Shown one piece after another: positions 53,902 to 62,827 of a stretch of DNA of 64,000 nucleotides; the first letter of the stretch is position 1; every line of letters starts with the position of its first letter. The notes under the pieces were generated by a model. The model ran no database searches, was not told where the DNA came from, and saw only the letters and a list, made by a program, of their open reading frames with translations. Origin of the DNA: Sulfitobacter sp. GTDB lineage: Bacteria; Pseudomonadota; Alphaproteobacteria; Rhodobacterales; Rhodobacteraceae. The DNA lies in contig JBLIAN010000014.1 in assembly GCA_047634585.1 (NCBI GenBank), positions 18,110 to 82,109 of the forward strand. Reading direction: 5' to 3'. A program made the translations under genes and the position numbers.

Positions 53902-56468
53902 TGCACCGCCGGACCTTTCTGAAATGGAGCAGCGCCCTGCCCTTGGCCCTGATGGCCCAGGGCGGCATGGCCACGGCGCTGTCAACTTCGCGCAATATGA
54001 TTGTGGTGCTGGACGGGATCACCGCCCAAACCGATGCACCGCGCCTGTCGGCACTGCTGAATGCCTTTGTGAAACAAGGCCTGCCGGTCAGCTGTATCGT
54101 GGAAACCCATCACCCCGTTGCGGGCAATCTGCGCCCTGACACAGCAGTATCCCGCGTGCTGCGCAGGCTGCATGGACAGGTGCAGGGATTGATTGATCTG
54201 CTGCCCGTGCTGCCGGATCTGGCCGCCCAGACCGCGCATTTTCAGGCCCGATCTGCCTATGATGGCCAGCAGCACCTGTTTGACGCGATCTGGGGCAATA
54301 CCGCAGGCCAGACCATCGGTTTCCGCCCCCGTGCCGTGGCTTGTGACATGCGTGCCGATATCCAGCCGCCAAACGGCGCGCGCACCAGCGGTATCCGCAA
54401 TGTGCTGATGCGCCCCGAAACCACACAGCCTGTTCAATCCGAAGCATGGGAAAACGGTATTGTGCGGCTGATCGGCGGTGCCCGTGTCGCCCTGAGCGCC
54501 AGTGTACAAGACCTGCAAAGCGGCCCTGCCCAGCCGGGGGAACGGGTGCTGTACCTTTCTGCCGCTGATCTGCCTGTGATGACATTGGCCGAGGTCGAAC
54601 GCCACGCCACAGCATTTGCCCAACATGCCCAGCATCCCGATGGCAACGAATGGATCAGCCCGATCCTTGCCTCTGACATCCAGTTTCGCGACGCCTATAG
54701 CTATCGCCGCAAGATGGCGCTGCATTTTCTGGCTTCAGAAGGGTCTTCAAGTGTCGCGCGCGCGATCCTGACAGATTTCCGTCTGGATTTGCTGAATGCA
54801 GGCCTGCCGTCCAGTTTCGGTGCGACGGTCGATGCCGGGCCGCTGGGCACGGACGGCACCGGCTATTGGATCGACATCCAACGCAGCAAAGCAGTCCTGC
54901 CGATCCTGCCTGTGCAGGATTACAACATGGCATCGGATGCATTTACCCCCGCCGCCCTGAACGCAGCGCGCAATACCTATGGCATCGGCGTGTCCTTTCG
55001 CCCGCTGGCCACCGCGCAGGCTGCGGGTATTACCGCAGAAAACACCATCGTCGTCCCCGCCGAGATCATCCAAGACCCTGCCCAGCTGGCCGGGCTGGAA
55101 AACAGCGATTTTGGCACCGAAGATTATGCCATCCTGATCTCAGATCAGGTGCTGCGCAACGCGCCCCAGCGTAGAATCCTGAAAACCGCGCTCTTGGCGC
55201 TTGCCGATGATGGCATCACCACAGCTGTGACCCTGCCGAAATATGTCCGCTCCATTGTGCCCACCGATGCCTATCTGACCCATTACCGGCGCACCTCGGC
55301 CTATGCCGGACGGGCGCGTTCCTCCGACACGCCAAACGGCGGCCAAAGCCAGGCCCAGCTGATGGCGGATGCCAAAACCGCTTGGGGCTATTTTGAAAAA
55401 TGGACCAACCGCAAAACCGGCCTGTGCCCCGCCACGGTGAATTTTTCCGAAGATGGTGTGGTGCTGCATGAAGCCGTGACAATGTGGGACGTGGGCAGCC
55501 AGATCAACGCGTTGATCGCGGCAAATGAATTGTTCCTGATCTCGGATGACGCGTTTCAAACGGCGGTGCGCAAAATCCTGCCCAATATCGCCGGGCGCAA
55601 ATCACAGGGGCGTTTGTTGCCACAAGGCTGGATTGTCACCAACCGGATCAAATGGGGCGTCAAGGATTTCGACGGCTGTGACGCGGGCCGTCTGTTGGCC
55701 GCGCTTTACAATCTCGACACCCATGCCGCCACCAAGGATCACGCCGCATCCACCGTACAATCATGGGATCTGGACAAGGTGATCAAGGACGGGGTGATCT
55801 ATAACGTCACTGACGGCGTCGAAAGCACGACCTATGTCTCTCACTGCGCCCATTACGCTTCTTGGGCGTTCCGCACCTGGGGCCATGAGGTGCGTTCCCC
55901 CTATGAGGTGTTCGACGGCAAAAGCGAAGCCGACGGGCGCATTGCCCTGCTTGAAATCGCGGGGCAAATCGGCCCGATGGGGGCAGAGCCACTTTTGCTA
56001 GAAGCCCTCGAACTGGGCATGTCGCCTGAATCGGAATACCTTGCCGAGGTGCTGTTTGCCGCCCAGCTTGAGGAATTTGACGAAACCGGTGTCCTGACCT
56101 GCGTGTCCGAAGGCCCGATAGATCATGAGCCCTGGTTCACCTATCAGGGTCTGCAATTCGACGCACCGGGCCGGGTCTGGGCCACCGATACCGTTGCCAG
56201 CCTGCCCGAACACCGTTCACCGGAATTTCGCAAGAAAAACCAGGTGGTCAGTTCCAAGGGGGCCTATCTCTGGGCCGCATACAAGAACCATGAATATTGT
56301 GACCGTCTGGTCGATTATGTGCGCGAAAAAGCCCGCACCAGCAATGGTTTTGCCTCCAGCATCTATCAACAGACCGGCAAGGCCACGCAAACCTATGCCG
56401 ACATCAACACCAATGCGGTGATCCTGCAATCCATCGCCCAGATGATGCGCAACCGGCAAAATCAATAG
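53898..56468 (+). CDS. Large Tat-exported periplasmic protein (856 aa), uncharacterised; the C-terminal half is possibly DUF3131 / (alpha/alpha)6 glycoside-hydrolase-like
   Basis: The ATG overlaps the synthase stop (ATGA). Canonical twin-arginine signal MMHRRTFLKWSSALPLALMA. The DUF3131 assignment is from memory of the family length and neighbourhood, not from a search. Confidence 0.6.
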   Translation: MMHRRTFLKWSSALPLALMAQGGMATALSTSRNMIVVLDGITAQTDAPRLSALLNAFVKQGLPVSCIVETHHPVAGNLRPDTAVSRVLRRLHGQVQGLIDLLPVLPDLAAQTAHFQARSAYDGQQHLFDAIWGNTAGQTIGFRPRAVACDMRADIQPPNGARTSGIRNVLMRPETTQPVQSEAWENGIVRLIGGARVALSASVQDLQSGPAQPGERVLYLSAADLPVMTLAEVERHATAFAQHAQHPDGNEWISPILASDIQFRDAYSYRRKMALHFLASEGSSSVARAILTDFRLDLLNAGLPSSFGATVDAGPLGTDGTGYWIDIQRSKAVLPILPVQDYNMASDAFTPAALNAARNTYGIGVSFRPLATAQAAGITAENTIVVPAEIIQDPAQLAGLENSDFGTEDYAILISDQVLRNAPQRRILKTALLALADDGITTAVTLPKYVRSIVPTDAYLTHYRRTSAYAGRARSSDTPNGGQSQAQLMADAKTAWGYFEKWTNRKTGLCPATVNFSEDGVVLHEAVTMWDVGSQINALIAANELFLISDDAFQTAVRKILPNIAGRKSQGRLLPQGWIVTNRIKWGVKDFDGCDAGRLLAALYNLDTHAATKDHAASTVQSWDLDKVIKDGVIYNVTDGVESTTYVSHCAHYASWAFRTWGHEVRSPYEVFDGKSEADGRIALLEIAGQIGPMGAEPLLLEALELGMSPESEYLAEVLFAAQLEEFDETGVLTCVSEGPIDHEPWFTYQGLQFDAPGRVWATDTVASLPEHRSPEFRKKNQVVSSKGAYLWAAYKNHEYCDRLVDYVREKARTSNGFASSIYQQTGKATQTYADINTNAVILQSIAQMMRNRQNQ

Positions 56469-56491
56469 CGTCACTTTCAATCTTGCAGGTT

Positions 56492-56527
56492 CATTACACA
56501 TCTGTAATAATCCTTCCAAACCGGAAG
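56492..56527 (+). promoter_or_regulatory. Palindrome and hairpin upstream of the XRE-cupin regulator
   Basis: ATTACA-CATC-TGTAAT (56492-56507). CCTTCC-N5-GGAAGG (56511-56527), whose right arm contains the probable RBS. Confidence 0.3.
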
Positions 56528-56534
56528 GGAACCG

Positions 56535-57158
56535 ATGCCGCACCCCGAAGCCACAGCGCCCGAAGCCCCCGATCTTTGCATCGGCACCCGCCTGCGGGAA
56601 TTTCGTATGGCACAGGGGCTGTCATTGGCAAATCTATCGCGGCTTACCGGCATTTCGGACGCTACATTGTCTCGGGTCGAAAATGCCCAGACCCTTGTCT
56701 CGGCGCATAATCTGTACATCCTCAGCAAGGCATTAAAGGTTGATATCACTGCCTTTTATGAACCCGCCGCCAGCCCGATCCGCACCGGTATCCGGTCGGT
56801 TTCACGCGCAGGCGCAGGCCGCAAGATCGACACCGCCCGTTTTTCGGCCACGGTTTTCGGGGCCGATCTGGCCAACAAGAAAATGCACCCCGCCCTTGAT
56901 CTGGTCAGCGCCACAACGCTGGAACAGGTTGGAGGATTGGCCGGACACAGCGGCGAAGAATTTCTGCTGGTGCTGGAGGGGGCGTTGGTGCTGCATTCTG
57001 CCCATTACGCGCCTTTGCGCCTGAACACCGGCGATTCCATCTATTTCGATGCGGGCATGCCCCATGCCTATCTGGCAGCGGACGACACGGCCGCGCGCAT
57101 CCTTGTGGTGAATTCTTCCGAACCGGATCTGGGCGATGACCGGCCCGATCCTACCTGA
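56535..57158 (+). CDS. XRE-family helix-turn-helix regulator with a C-terminal cupin sensor domain
   Basis: HTH_3 (LREFRMAQGLSLANLSRLTGISDATLSRVENAQ) plus a cupin_2 region (HSGEEFLLVLEGALVL...GDSIYFDAGMPHAY). Confidence 0.8.
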   Translation: MPHPEATAPEAPDLCIGTRLREFRMAQGLSLANLSRLTGISDATLSRVENAQTLVSAHNLYILSKALKVDITAFYEPAASPIRTGIRSVSRAGAGRKIDTARFSATVFGADLANKKMHPALDLVSATTLEQVGGLAGHSGEEFLLVLEGALVLHSAHYAPLRLNTGDSIYFDAGMPHAYLAADDTAARILVVNSSEPDLGDDRPDPT

Positions 57159-57202
57159 CCCAAGATCCCCCCTGACCTGATCCTTCCTGAAAGGCCTATC
57201 CC

Positions 57203-58336
57203 ATGACTGCCGATCCCAAAATCACCCCCCAAAGCATTCGCAAGGCCGAACTGGTGCTGCCGGTGCAGGATTTGAAAACCGAAATGCCGTTTTTTCTGGG
57301 CCAGCTCGGGTTTCGCCTTGAGACGATCTATCCGGCGGATGATCCGGCGGTGGCGGTTGTGTCCGGCCACGGCCTGCGCTTGCGGCTGGAACGCGATGCC
57401 GATGTGCAGCCCGGCAAGGTGGTGCTCTATTGCGATGATCCGGCGGCACTGGGTGGCGCGGATACGGTGCTGACCTCGCCCAATGGCAACCGCGTTGACC
57501 TTCAGGATGCCAATCCGCCTTTGGTGATCCCAGAAACCCGCCATTCCTTTATGGTGCGGCGTCTGGCCGACAGTGACAGCTGGGTGATTGGCCGCGCGGG
57601 GATGCGCTATCGCGATCTGATCACCGACCGTCTGGGCGGGTCGATCATCGCCAGCCACATCCGTATTCCCGATGGCGGGCCGGTGCCGGATATGGTGCAT
57701 TACCACATCGTCGGGTTTCAGCTGATCTTTTGTTATCGCGGCTGGGTAAAGCTGGTATATGAGGATCAGGGCGCCCCTTTTATCCTTGAAGCGGGCAATT
57801 GCGTGATCCAGCCGCCACAAATCCGCCACCGCGTGCTGGAAGCCTCTGACAATGTCGAAGTCATCGAAATCGGCGTGCCGGCGGAACATGTGACCACCAT
57901 TGATCATGACATGGAATTGCCCAATGCGGTGGTGAACCCTGATCGCGATTGGAATGGCACCAAATTCATCCACCACCGCGCCGATCAGGCCAGATGGCTG
58001 CCTTGGCGCGTGCCCGGCTGGGAGGCCCGCGATACCGGTATCGGCGCGGCCACCCAATCAGTGGCGGGGGTGCAGGTCAGCCGCCCGACAGCAGACACCG
58101 ACAGCGCCCCCCCCGCCTGGACCAGCCATAACACCGACATTCTGTTCGGCTTTGTCAAAGAGGGCAGTCTGACATTGGAGGCCGACAGCGAAGGCCGCAC
58201 ATCCCATGATCTGGTCGCCGGAGATGCCTTTGTCCTGCCGCCGTTTCTCAAGACCCGATTTGTGAATCCGTCAGCAGATTGCGAATTGATCGAAGTGACC
58301 CTTTCGTCGGAATTTGCGACAACGGTGCATGAATAG
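57203..58336 (+). CDS. Multidomain VOC-like plus double-cupin protein, function unknown
   Basis: N-terminal glyoxalase-like beta-alpha-beta-beta-beta pattern. Central cupin with HYH...PPQIRH. A second C-terminal cupin lacks the His cluster. Confidence 0.5.
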   Translation: MTADPKITPQSIRKAELVLPVQDLKTEMPFFLGQLGFRLETIYPADDPAVAVVSGHGLRLRLERDADVQPGKVVLYCDDPAALGGADTVLTSPNGNRVDLQDANPPLVIPETRHSFMVRRLADSDSWVIGRAGMRYRDLITDRLGGSIIASHIRIPDGGPVPDMVHYHIVGFQLIFCYRGWVKLVYEDQGAPFILEAGNCVIQPPQIRHRVLEASDNVEVIEIGVPAEHVTTIDHDMELPNAVVNPDRDWNGTKFIHHRADQARWLPWRVPGWEARDTGIGAATQSVAGVQVSRPTADTDSAPPAWTSHNTDILFGFVKEGSLTLEADSEGRTSHDLVAGDAFVLPPFLKTRFVNPSADCELIEVTLSSEFATTVHE

Positions 58337-58355
58337 CGGCGCATAGCTGCGCTGT

Positions 58356-58378
58356 GGTGGGGGATGTGCGCCCCCACC
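58356..58378 (+). terminator. GC-rich hairpin after the cupin gene (GGTGGGGG-N7-CCCCCACC)
   Basis: Perfect 8-bp stem 20 nt after the stop codon. No T-tract. Confidence 0.4.
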
Positions 58379-58578
58379 CCCCTGTCATGGCCGATGGCGT
58401 AGATCAGACAGAATCTCCGCCGCGCCCGTGCCGGGGGCGATGCGCGGTTTTTCCGGTTCTTGTCAGCACATCGCGTCAAGTAATAGTGACCCAAACCTCG
58501 GGCATTTCTGACCCGAACCGGACCTTGCACGCGGTACTGGCCAAGGACAGGTGCGCGGACAAAGCGGCCGGTGCCTGG

Positions 58579-59127
58579 CTATGCGTGAAGGTCTGCTTTG
58601 GATAGCCGTATCCAGTTAAATCCCATCAAAAGGACCAGTATTACAGCCAAGGTTGTCGAAACGGACTTGAGTATCGTGGCAGAGCTGGCGGCATAGACAA
58701 GCGGAACAGAGACCTCTGGCCAGCTCCAGATCATCGCTATGATACCAAAGTTCTCGACATAATCGAACATGGCACCAACAACCGAAAAGGCGATGCCAAA
58801 ACGGACAAATTTCCTGTTTGGTACGCGTTGTCCAAGCCAGCAGATCGCGGCAACCATAGTCAGCGCGAGCATTGCTGGATAAATGGTGTCCAAAGCGATC
58901 TGGCGACTGAGATAATAACCGCGCCCGTCCACTCCCAGCGCGTCAAGAAGCGCCGTTGCCTCAGTCGGGCCATAGCCGGACGGACGCATGTCGAAGGGGA
59001 TCTGCCCCGAAACCGCTTCGATATGAGCAAGGGTGACACTTATCATCAGCACATAGATAGACGCAGCTATCAAACCTGAACCAACGGCAATCATTCCAAT
59101 GTGTTTTGACAGAATTCTGTTCGTCAT
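58579..59127 (-). CDS. Hypothetical integral membrane protein (182 aa)
   Basis: Several hydrophobic helices. Start at MTNRILSKH (59127). Visibly more A/T-rich than the flanking genes. Confidence 0.45.
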   Translation of the reverse strand: MTNRILSKHIGMIAVGSGLIAASIYVLMISVTLAHIEAVSGQIPFDMRPSGYGPTEATALLDALGVDGRGYYLSRQIALDTIYPAMLALTMVAAICWLGQRVPNRKFVRFGIAFSVVGAMFDYVENFGIIAMIWSWPEVSVPLVYAASSATILKSVSTTLAVILVLLMGFNWIRLSKADLHA

Positions 59128-59205
59128 TTTGTAAACTCCCTGACCTGTGTCACATATGCCCGCAGAGGGTTTCACCCGCATTATCATTTGATAAGGCACA
59201 CGAAG

Positions 59206-59778
59206 ATGGATTTACGGACTTTCCTGATGCAGTCATCTGACCTGCCAGACGTGGCTTGCTCGGATGATTTTTTATCCGGTTGGAAACGGCAGCGCTTGAC
59301 AAACGGGGCGCACCTAACCCGACAGGAACAATTCGAAACAGATGAATTCATACTTTTGAAAGGGTGCCTGGCGAGTAGTATCTGTGACCAAGACGGCAAA
59401 GAGATTTGCGTCGGTTTTTATGTCGGCCCCTGTGTTGTAACGCCAAATATTGCTCGAACACGCAACGGATTGTCGCTTGTATCCATTGTGGCAATGACCG
59501 ATTCCGCGCTGGCACGGATTGACAGTGAAGTGCTTTCAAATTGGATGATTTCGGCTGAACCGGTCCGCAATTGGGCCAACGGTATTCTGCGGGAAGAATT
59601 GAGCCGGAAGGTGGATCGAGAGTGGTGTCTCGCCGCACTTAGTGGGGCTGAGCGGCTTACTTGGTTTCGCCAGACATATCCGGGCTATGAAGACATCTTT
59701 CCCCATAGGTTGATTGCTTCCTATTTGGGCGTCACGCCGGTCACAATGAGCCGCCTGCGCAGGAGCAACAAAATCTGA
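59206..59778 (+). CDS. Crp/Fnr-like regulator (cNMP-binding-like barrel plus C-terminal helix-turn-helix)
   Basis: C-terminal HRLIASYLGVTPVTMSRLRR helix-turn-helix. Divergent from the membrane protein gene. Start at the ATG at 59206. Confidence 0.6.
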   Translation: MDLRTFLMQSSDLPDVACSDDFLSGWKRQRLTNGAHLTRQEQFETDEFILLKGCLASSICDQDGKEICVGFYVGPCVVTPNIARTRNGLSLVSIVAMTDSALARIDSEVLSNWMISAEPVRNWANGILREELSRKVDREWCLAALSGAERLTWFRQTYPGYEDIFPHRLIASYLGVTPVTMSRLRRSNKI

Positions 59779-59950
59779 TAGGAAGCAGCCCTTCGTGCAA
59801 CGCGCAGCATCGCTCAACACGGGCTCCCTCCCGGCCTTCGCCGCATTTTGGGCGAACGCCGGGTTTTTCAGCTCGGGCCAATTGAAGACCTGAAGGGCAA
59901 AGTATTCTGACCTTGCACATCAAGCGCCTGCACCCAGAACATCCCGCACC

Positions 59951-60787
59951 TCAGGTCTTTTTACTGTCATCCACGATGTTCATGGACGCCACGCCGCTGT
60001 TGCCCAGTTCCACCGCGGCAAACGGGCCGCCGTGGCACATGTTGCCTGCGTCCTGCGGATCAAGCACCCCCGTTTCCGCCAAAACCGCATCGGCATATTG
60101 TTCGGCGTTGTCATTGGGGCGATAGCCAAGGAAAGAGGCCTTGGCGTTGTCCACCGGCACACGGTCGTTGTTGGACACGCCATAGACCACGCTAAAGCCG
60201 GTGACGGGGGTTTCGATGGATCGCTGGACCAGCTGGATCAGATCGTCATACGACAGCCAGGACCCCAAAGCGCGGGCATTGTTAACCTGTGCGCAGGACA
60301 GGATCCGCATATGCACACTTTCCAACCCGCGTTTGTCCCAATACATGCGGCCCAGGTCTTCGGCAAAACATTTGGCCAGACCATAGAAAGTATCAGGGCG
60401 ATGCGGCGCATCAATACCGATGAAATCGGTCTTGGGATGCATCCCCACTGCATGGATCGAACTGGCATAGACCACCCGGCGCAGCCCATGGCGATGGGCG
60501 GCTTCCCAGATGTTATAGGCCCCGATGAAATTCGGCCCCAGCAGTTTTTCAAACGGGCCTTCGTCGGCATAGGCCCCCATATGCACCACCATATCCGCGC
60601 CTTCCAGCACCCGCAGCATGTCATCAAGGCTGGCCAGATCGCCCTGCTCATAAACCTCGCCGTCATAGAGCGTGCCAATGCCCTCGACGATATCGGTGGA
60701 CACCAGTTCATCACATATTTTGCTCAGCGGTTCACGCAGATGCGAACCAAGACGGCCGGCGGCACCGGTCAGGACAAGTTTTTTCAT
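59951..60787 (-). CDS. NAD-dependent SDR epimerase/dehydratase-family enzyme, uronate dehydrogenase (Udh)-like
   Basis: LVLTGAAGRLG Rossmann motif and YGLAKCF (YxxxK). The overall pattern resembles Agrobacterium Udh as I remember it. Confidence 0.65.
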   Translation of the reverse strand: MKKLVLTGAAGRLGSHLREPLSKICDELVSTDIVEGIGTLYDGEVYEQGDLASLDDMLRVLEGADMVVHMGAYADEGPFEKLLGPNFIGAYNIWEAAHRHGLRRVVYASSIHAVGMHPKTDFIGIDAPHRPDTFYGLAKCFAEDLGRMYWDKRGLESVHMRILSCAQVNNARALGSWLSYDDLIQLVQRSIETPVTGFSVVYGVSNNDRVPVDNAKASFLGYRPNDNAEQYADAVLAETGVLDPQDAGNMCHGGPFAAVELGNSGVASMNIVDDSKKT

Positions 60788-60833
60788 CAGGAGATCTTTC
60801 TTGAAGGAACTTCAGTCGGGCACCGAAGTGCGG

Positions 60834-61607
60834 TTATTTCAATTTGGCGGTAACGCTGGCCAGCAGATCATCACTGGCCTTGGCCAAAAGGCCGGAATCG
60901 CTGCCACAGGCCACAAAGCTAAAGCCCTCGTTCAGCAGGTCAGCGGCAAAAGCCGGATCAGACACCAATGTGCCCACGGGCATGCCTTTGGCGATCAGAC
61001 GCCGGGCGACGGGTTTGATCATGCCCCAGACCTCGGCGTCCATCGGTTTGCCCAATTTGCCCATATCGGCTGCAATATCCGCCGGACCAAAGAAAATCCC
61101 GCTGACGCCGTCAACCCCGGCAATGTCTTCGGCACAGGCCAGCGCTGCTGTGGTTTCGATTTGCAGCAAAACCGTGGTTTCATCCGAAATACGGTCAAAA
61201 TAATCGGTGACGCGGCCAAATTTATTGGCCCGTGTATTGCCCGACACCCCGCGCACCCCCAAGGGAGGATAGCGCGTTGCGGCCACGGCTTTTTCTGCCT
61301 CTTCGACATTCTGGATCATCGGGAACAACAGCCCCGGCACCCCCAGATCCAGCAGGCGTTTCACAATCACCGGATCATTCCATTCAGGGCGCACAATGGC
61401 CGTGGTCCGGCTGGTGGCAAAGACCTGTAGTTGCCCCAGAACGCTAAAGTAATCGTTGGGGGAATGTTCCATATCAATCAGCGCCCAGTCAAAGCCCGAC
61501 GGTGCCGTGACCTCGGCGGCAAAAGGGCTGAGCAAGCTGATCCACAGGCCCAGTTGTTTCTGGCCCGCGGCAAGCGCATGGGTAAAGGAATTCTGGGTCA
61601 GCTGCAT
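60834..61607 (-). CDS. HpcH/HpaI-family class II aldolase (2-keto-3-deoxy-acid aldolase)
   Basis: DWALIDMEHSPND, VRPEWNDP, LLFPMIQNVEEA and IETTAAL motifs of the HpcH/HpaI/GarL family. Confidence 0.85.
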   Translation of the reverse strand: MQLTQNSFTHALAAGQKQLGLWISLLSPFAAEVTAPSGFDWALIDMEHSPNDYFSVLGQLQVFATSRTTAIVRPEWNDPVIVKRLLDLGVPGLLFPMIQNVEEAEKAVAATRYPPLGVRGVSGNTRANKFGRVTDYFDRISDETTVLLQIETTAALACAEDIAGVDGVSGIFFGPADIAADMGKLGKPMDAEVWGMIKPVARRLIAKGMPVGTLVSDPAFAADLLNEGFSFVACGSDSGLLAKASDDLLASVTAKLK

Positions 61608-62827
61608 CAGATCACGGCCCTTTCGCTGACCGGGCGGCCCTGCCTGACCCGATCATAATGGAATTCGCTCAGGTCCAATGTCCGGTAGTGACCATACAGC
61701 ATGATTTCAGAGGCACCGCGCCCCATGGCGGGGGATTGTTGCAATCCGTGACCGGAAAATCCGTTGATGAAATAGAAATTGCCGATCTCGGGATGTGGCC
61801 CCAAAATCGCGTTCTGGTCAAAGGTGTTATAGGCGTAATGCCCCGCCCATTCGCTTTGAACTTTGATGGCTTCGAACCGGGGCACCCGTGTCGCCAGTGT
61901 CGGCCAGATGTGATCTTCCCAGATCGAGAAATCCATGGTGAAATCGTCAAAATCCACCGCAGGGTCCACCGCGGCATGACCGCCCACCATATAGGTGCCG
62001 CCGCCGATTTCGCGGAAATGCACGCCCGAGGGATCAATGGTCAGCGGCAGCGCCTGATCCAGCGGTTTTTCCGCCGCGAATATCCAGGTAAAACGCTTGC
62101 GCGGCTCTACCGGAATGTCGATGCCCGCCATCGCGCAGGTCCGCGCGGCGCGGGGCCCAGAGGCATTCAACAATTGCCCGCAGGAAATCACCTCACCCGA
62201 GGAAAGCGTGACATTTTCCACCTGCGTGCCAGCGGGGTTTTTGCCAATCGCCACCACTTCGTTTTGCAGGTATTCCACACCACGTTCCCTCGCGGCACGG
62301 CGCAGGGTATCAAACACCGCTGTGCCATCCCAATACCCCTCATCGACAAGGTTGATCGACCCCAGAACAATGTCATCCAACTGGTAGAACGGATAGGCCT
62401 GCGCAATCTGATCACGGGTCATCAACTGGGTTGCGGCCCCGGCGGCGTGCTGGATTTTCTGGTTGTCGCGCAGGACATTTGCAAAACCGTCATTGTCGGC
62501 CAGATACATATAGCCAAAGCTTTGGATCGACAGATCGGGCACCCGTGGATCACCGCCCATATGGTTGCGCAGATTCTTGATGAAATCAGCCGCGAATTGC
62601 GACACTTTCACATTCAGGCTGGTGGAAAACTGCTGTCTGATACAGGAATTGGTGTGCATCGTGGAACAGTTCTGATAGCTCGGGTCGCGTTCCACCACCA
62701 AGATGCGGCCTTGAAAATCAGGGTTGGAGGCCAGGAACCAAGCCGCCGATGATCCCATGATCGCGCCGCCGATGATCACCACATCATAGGCCTGATGCGC
62801 GGGTGATTGCAGAATGCTCATGGCCAT
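61607..62827 (-). CDS. FAD-dependent oxidoreductase (DAO family)
   Basis: N-terminal YDVVIIGGAIMGSSAAWFLA dinucleotide fold. About 400 aa. Confidence 0.8.
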   Translation of the reverse strand: MAMSILQSPAHQAYDVVIIGGAIMGSSAAWFLASNPDFQGRILVVERDPSYQNCSTMHTNSCIRQQFSTSLNVKVSQFAADFIKNLRNHMGGDPRVPDLSIQSFGYMYLADNDGFANVLRDNQKIQHAAGAATQLMTRDQIAQAYPFYQLDDIVLGSINLVDEGYWDGTAVFDTLRRAARERGVEYLQNEVVAIGKNPAGTQVENVTLSSGEVISCGQLLNASGPRAARTCAMAGIDIPVEPRKRFTWIFAAEKPLDQALPLTIDPSGVHFREIGGGTYMVGGHAAVDPAVDFDDFTMDFSIWEDHIWPTLATRVPRFEAIKVQSEWAGHYAYNTFDQNAILGPHPEIGNFYFINGFSGHGLQQSPAMGRGASEIMLYGHYRTLDLSEFHYDRVRQGRPVSERAVI

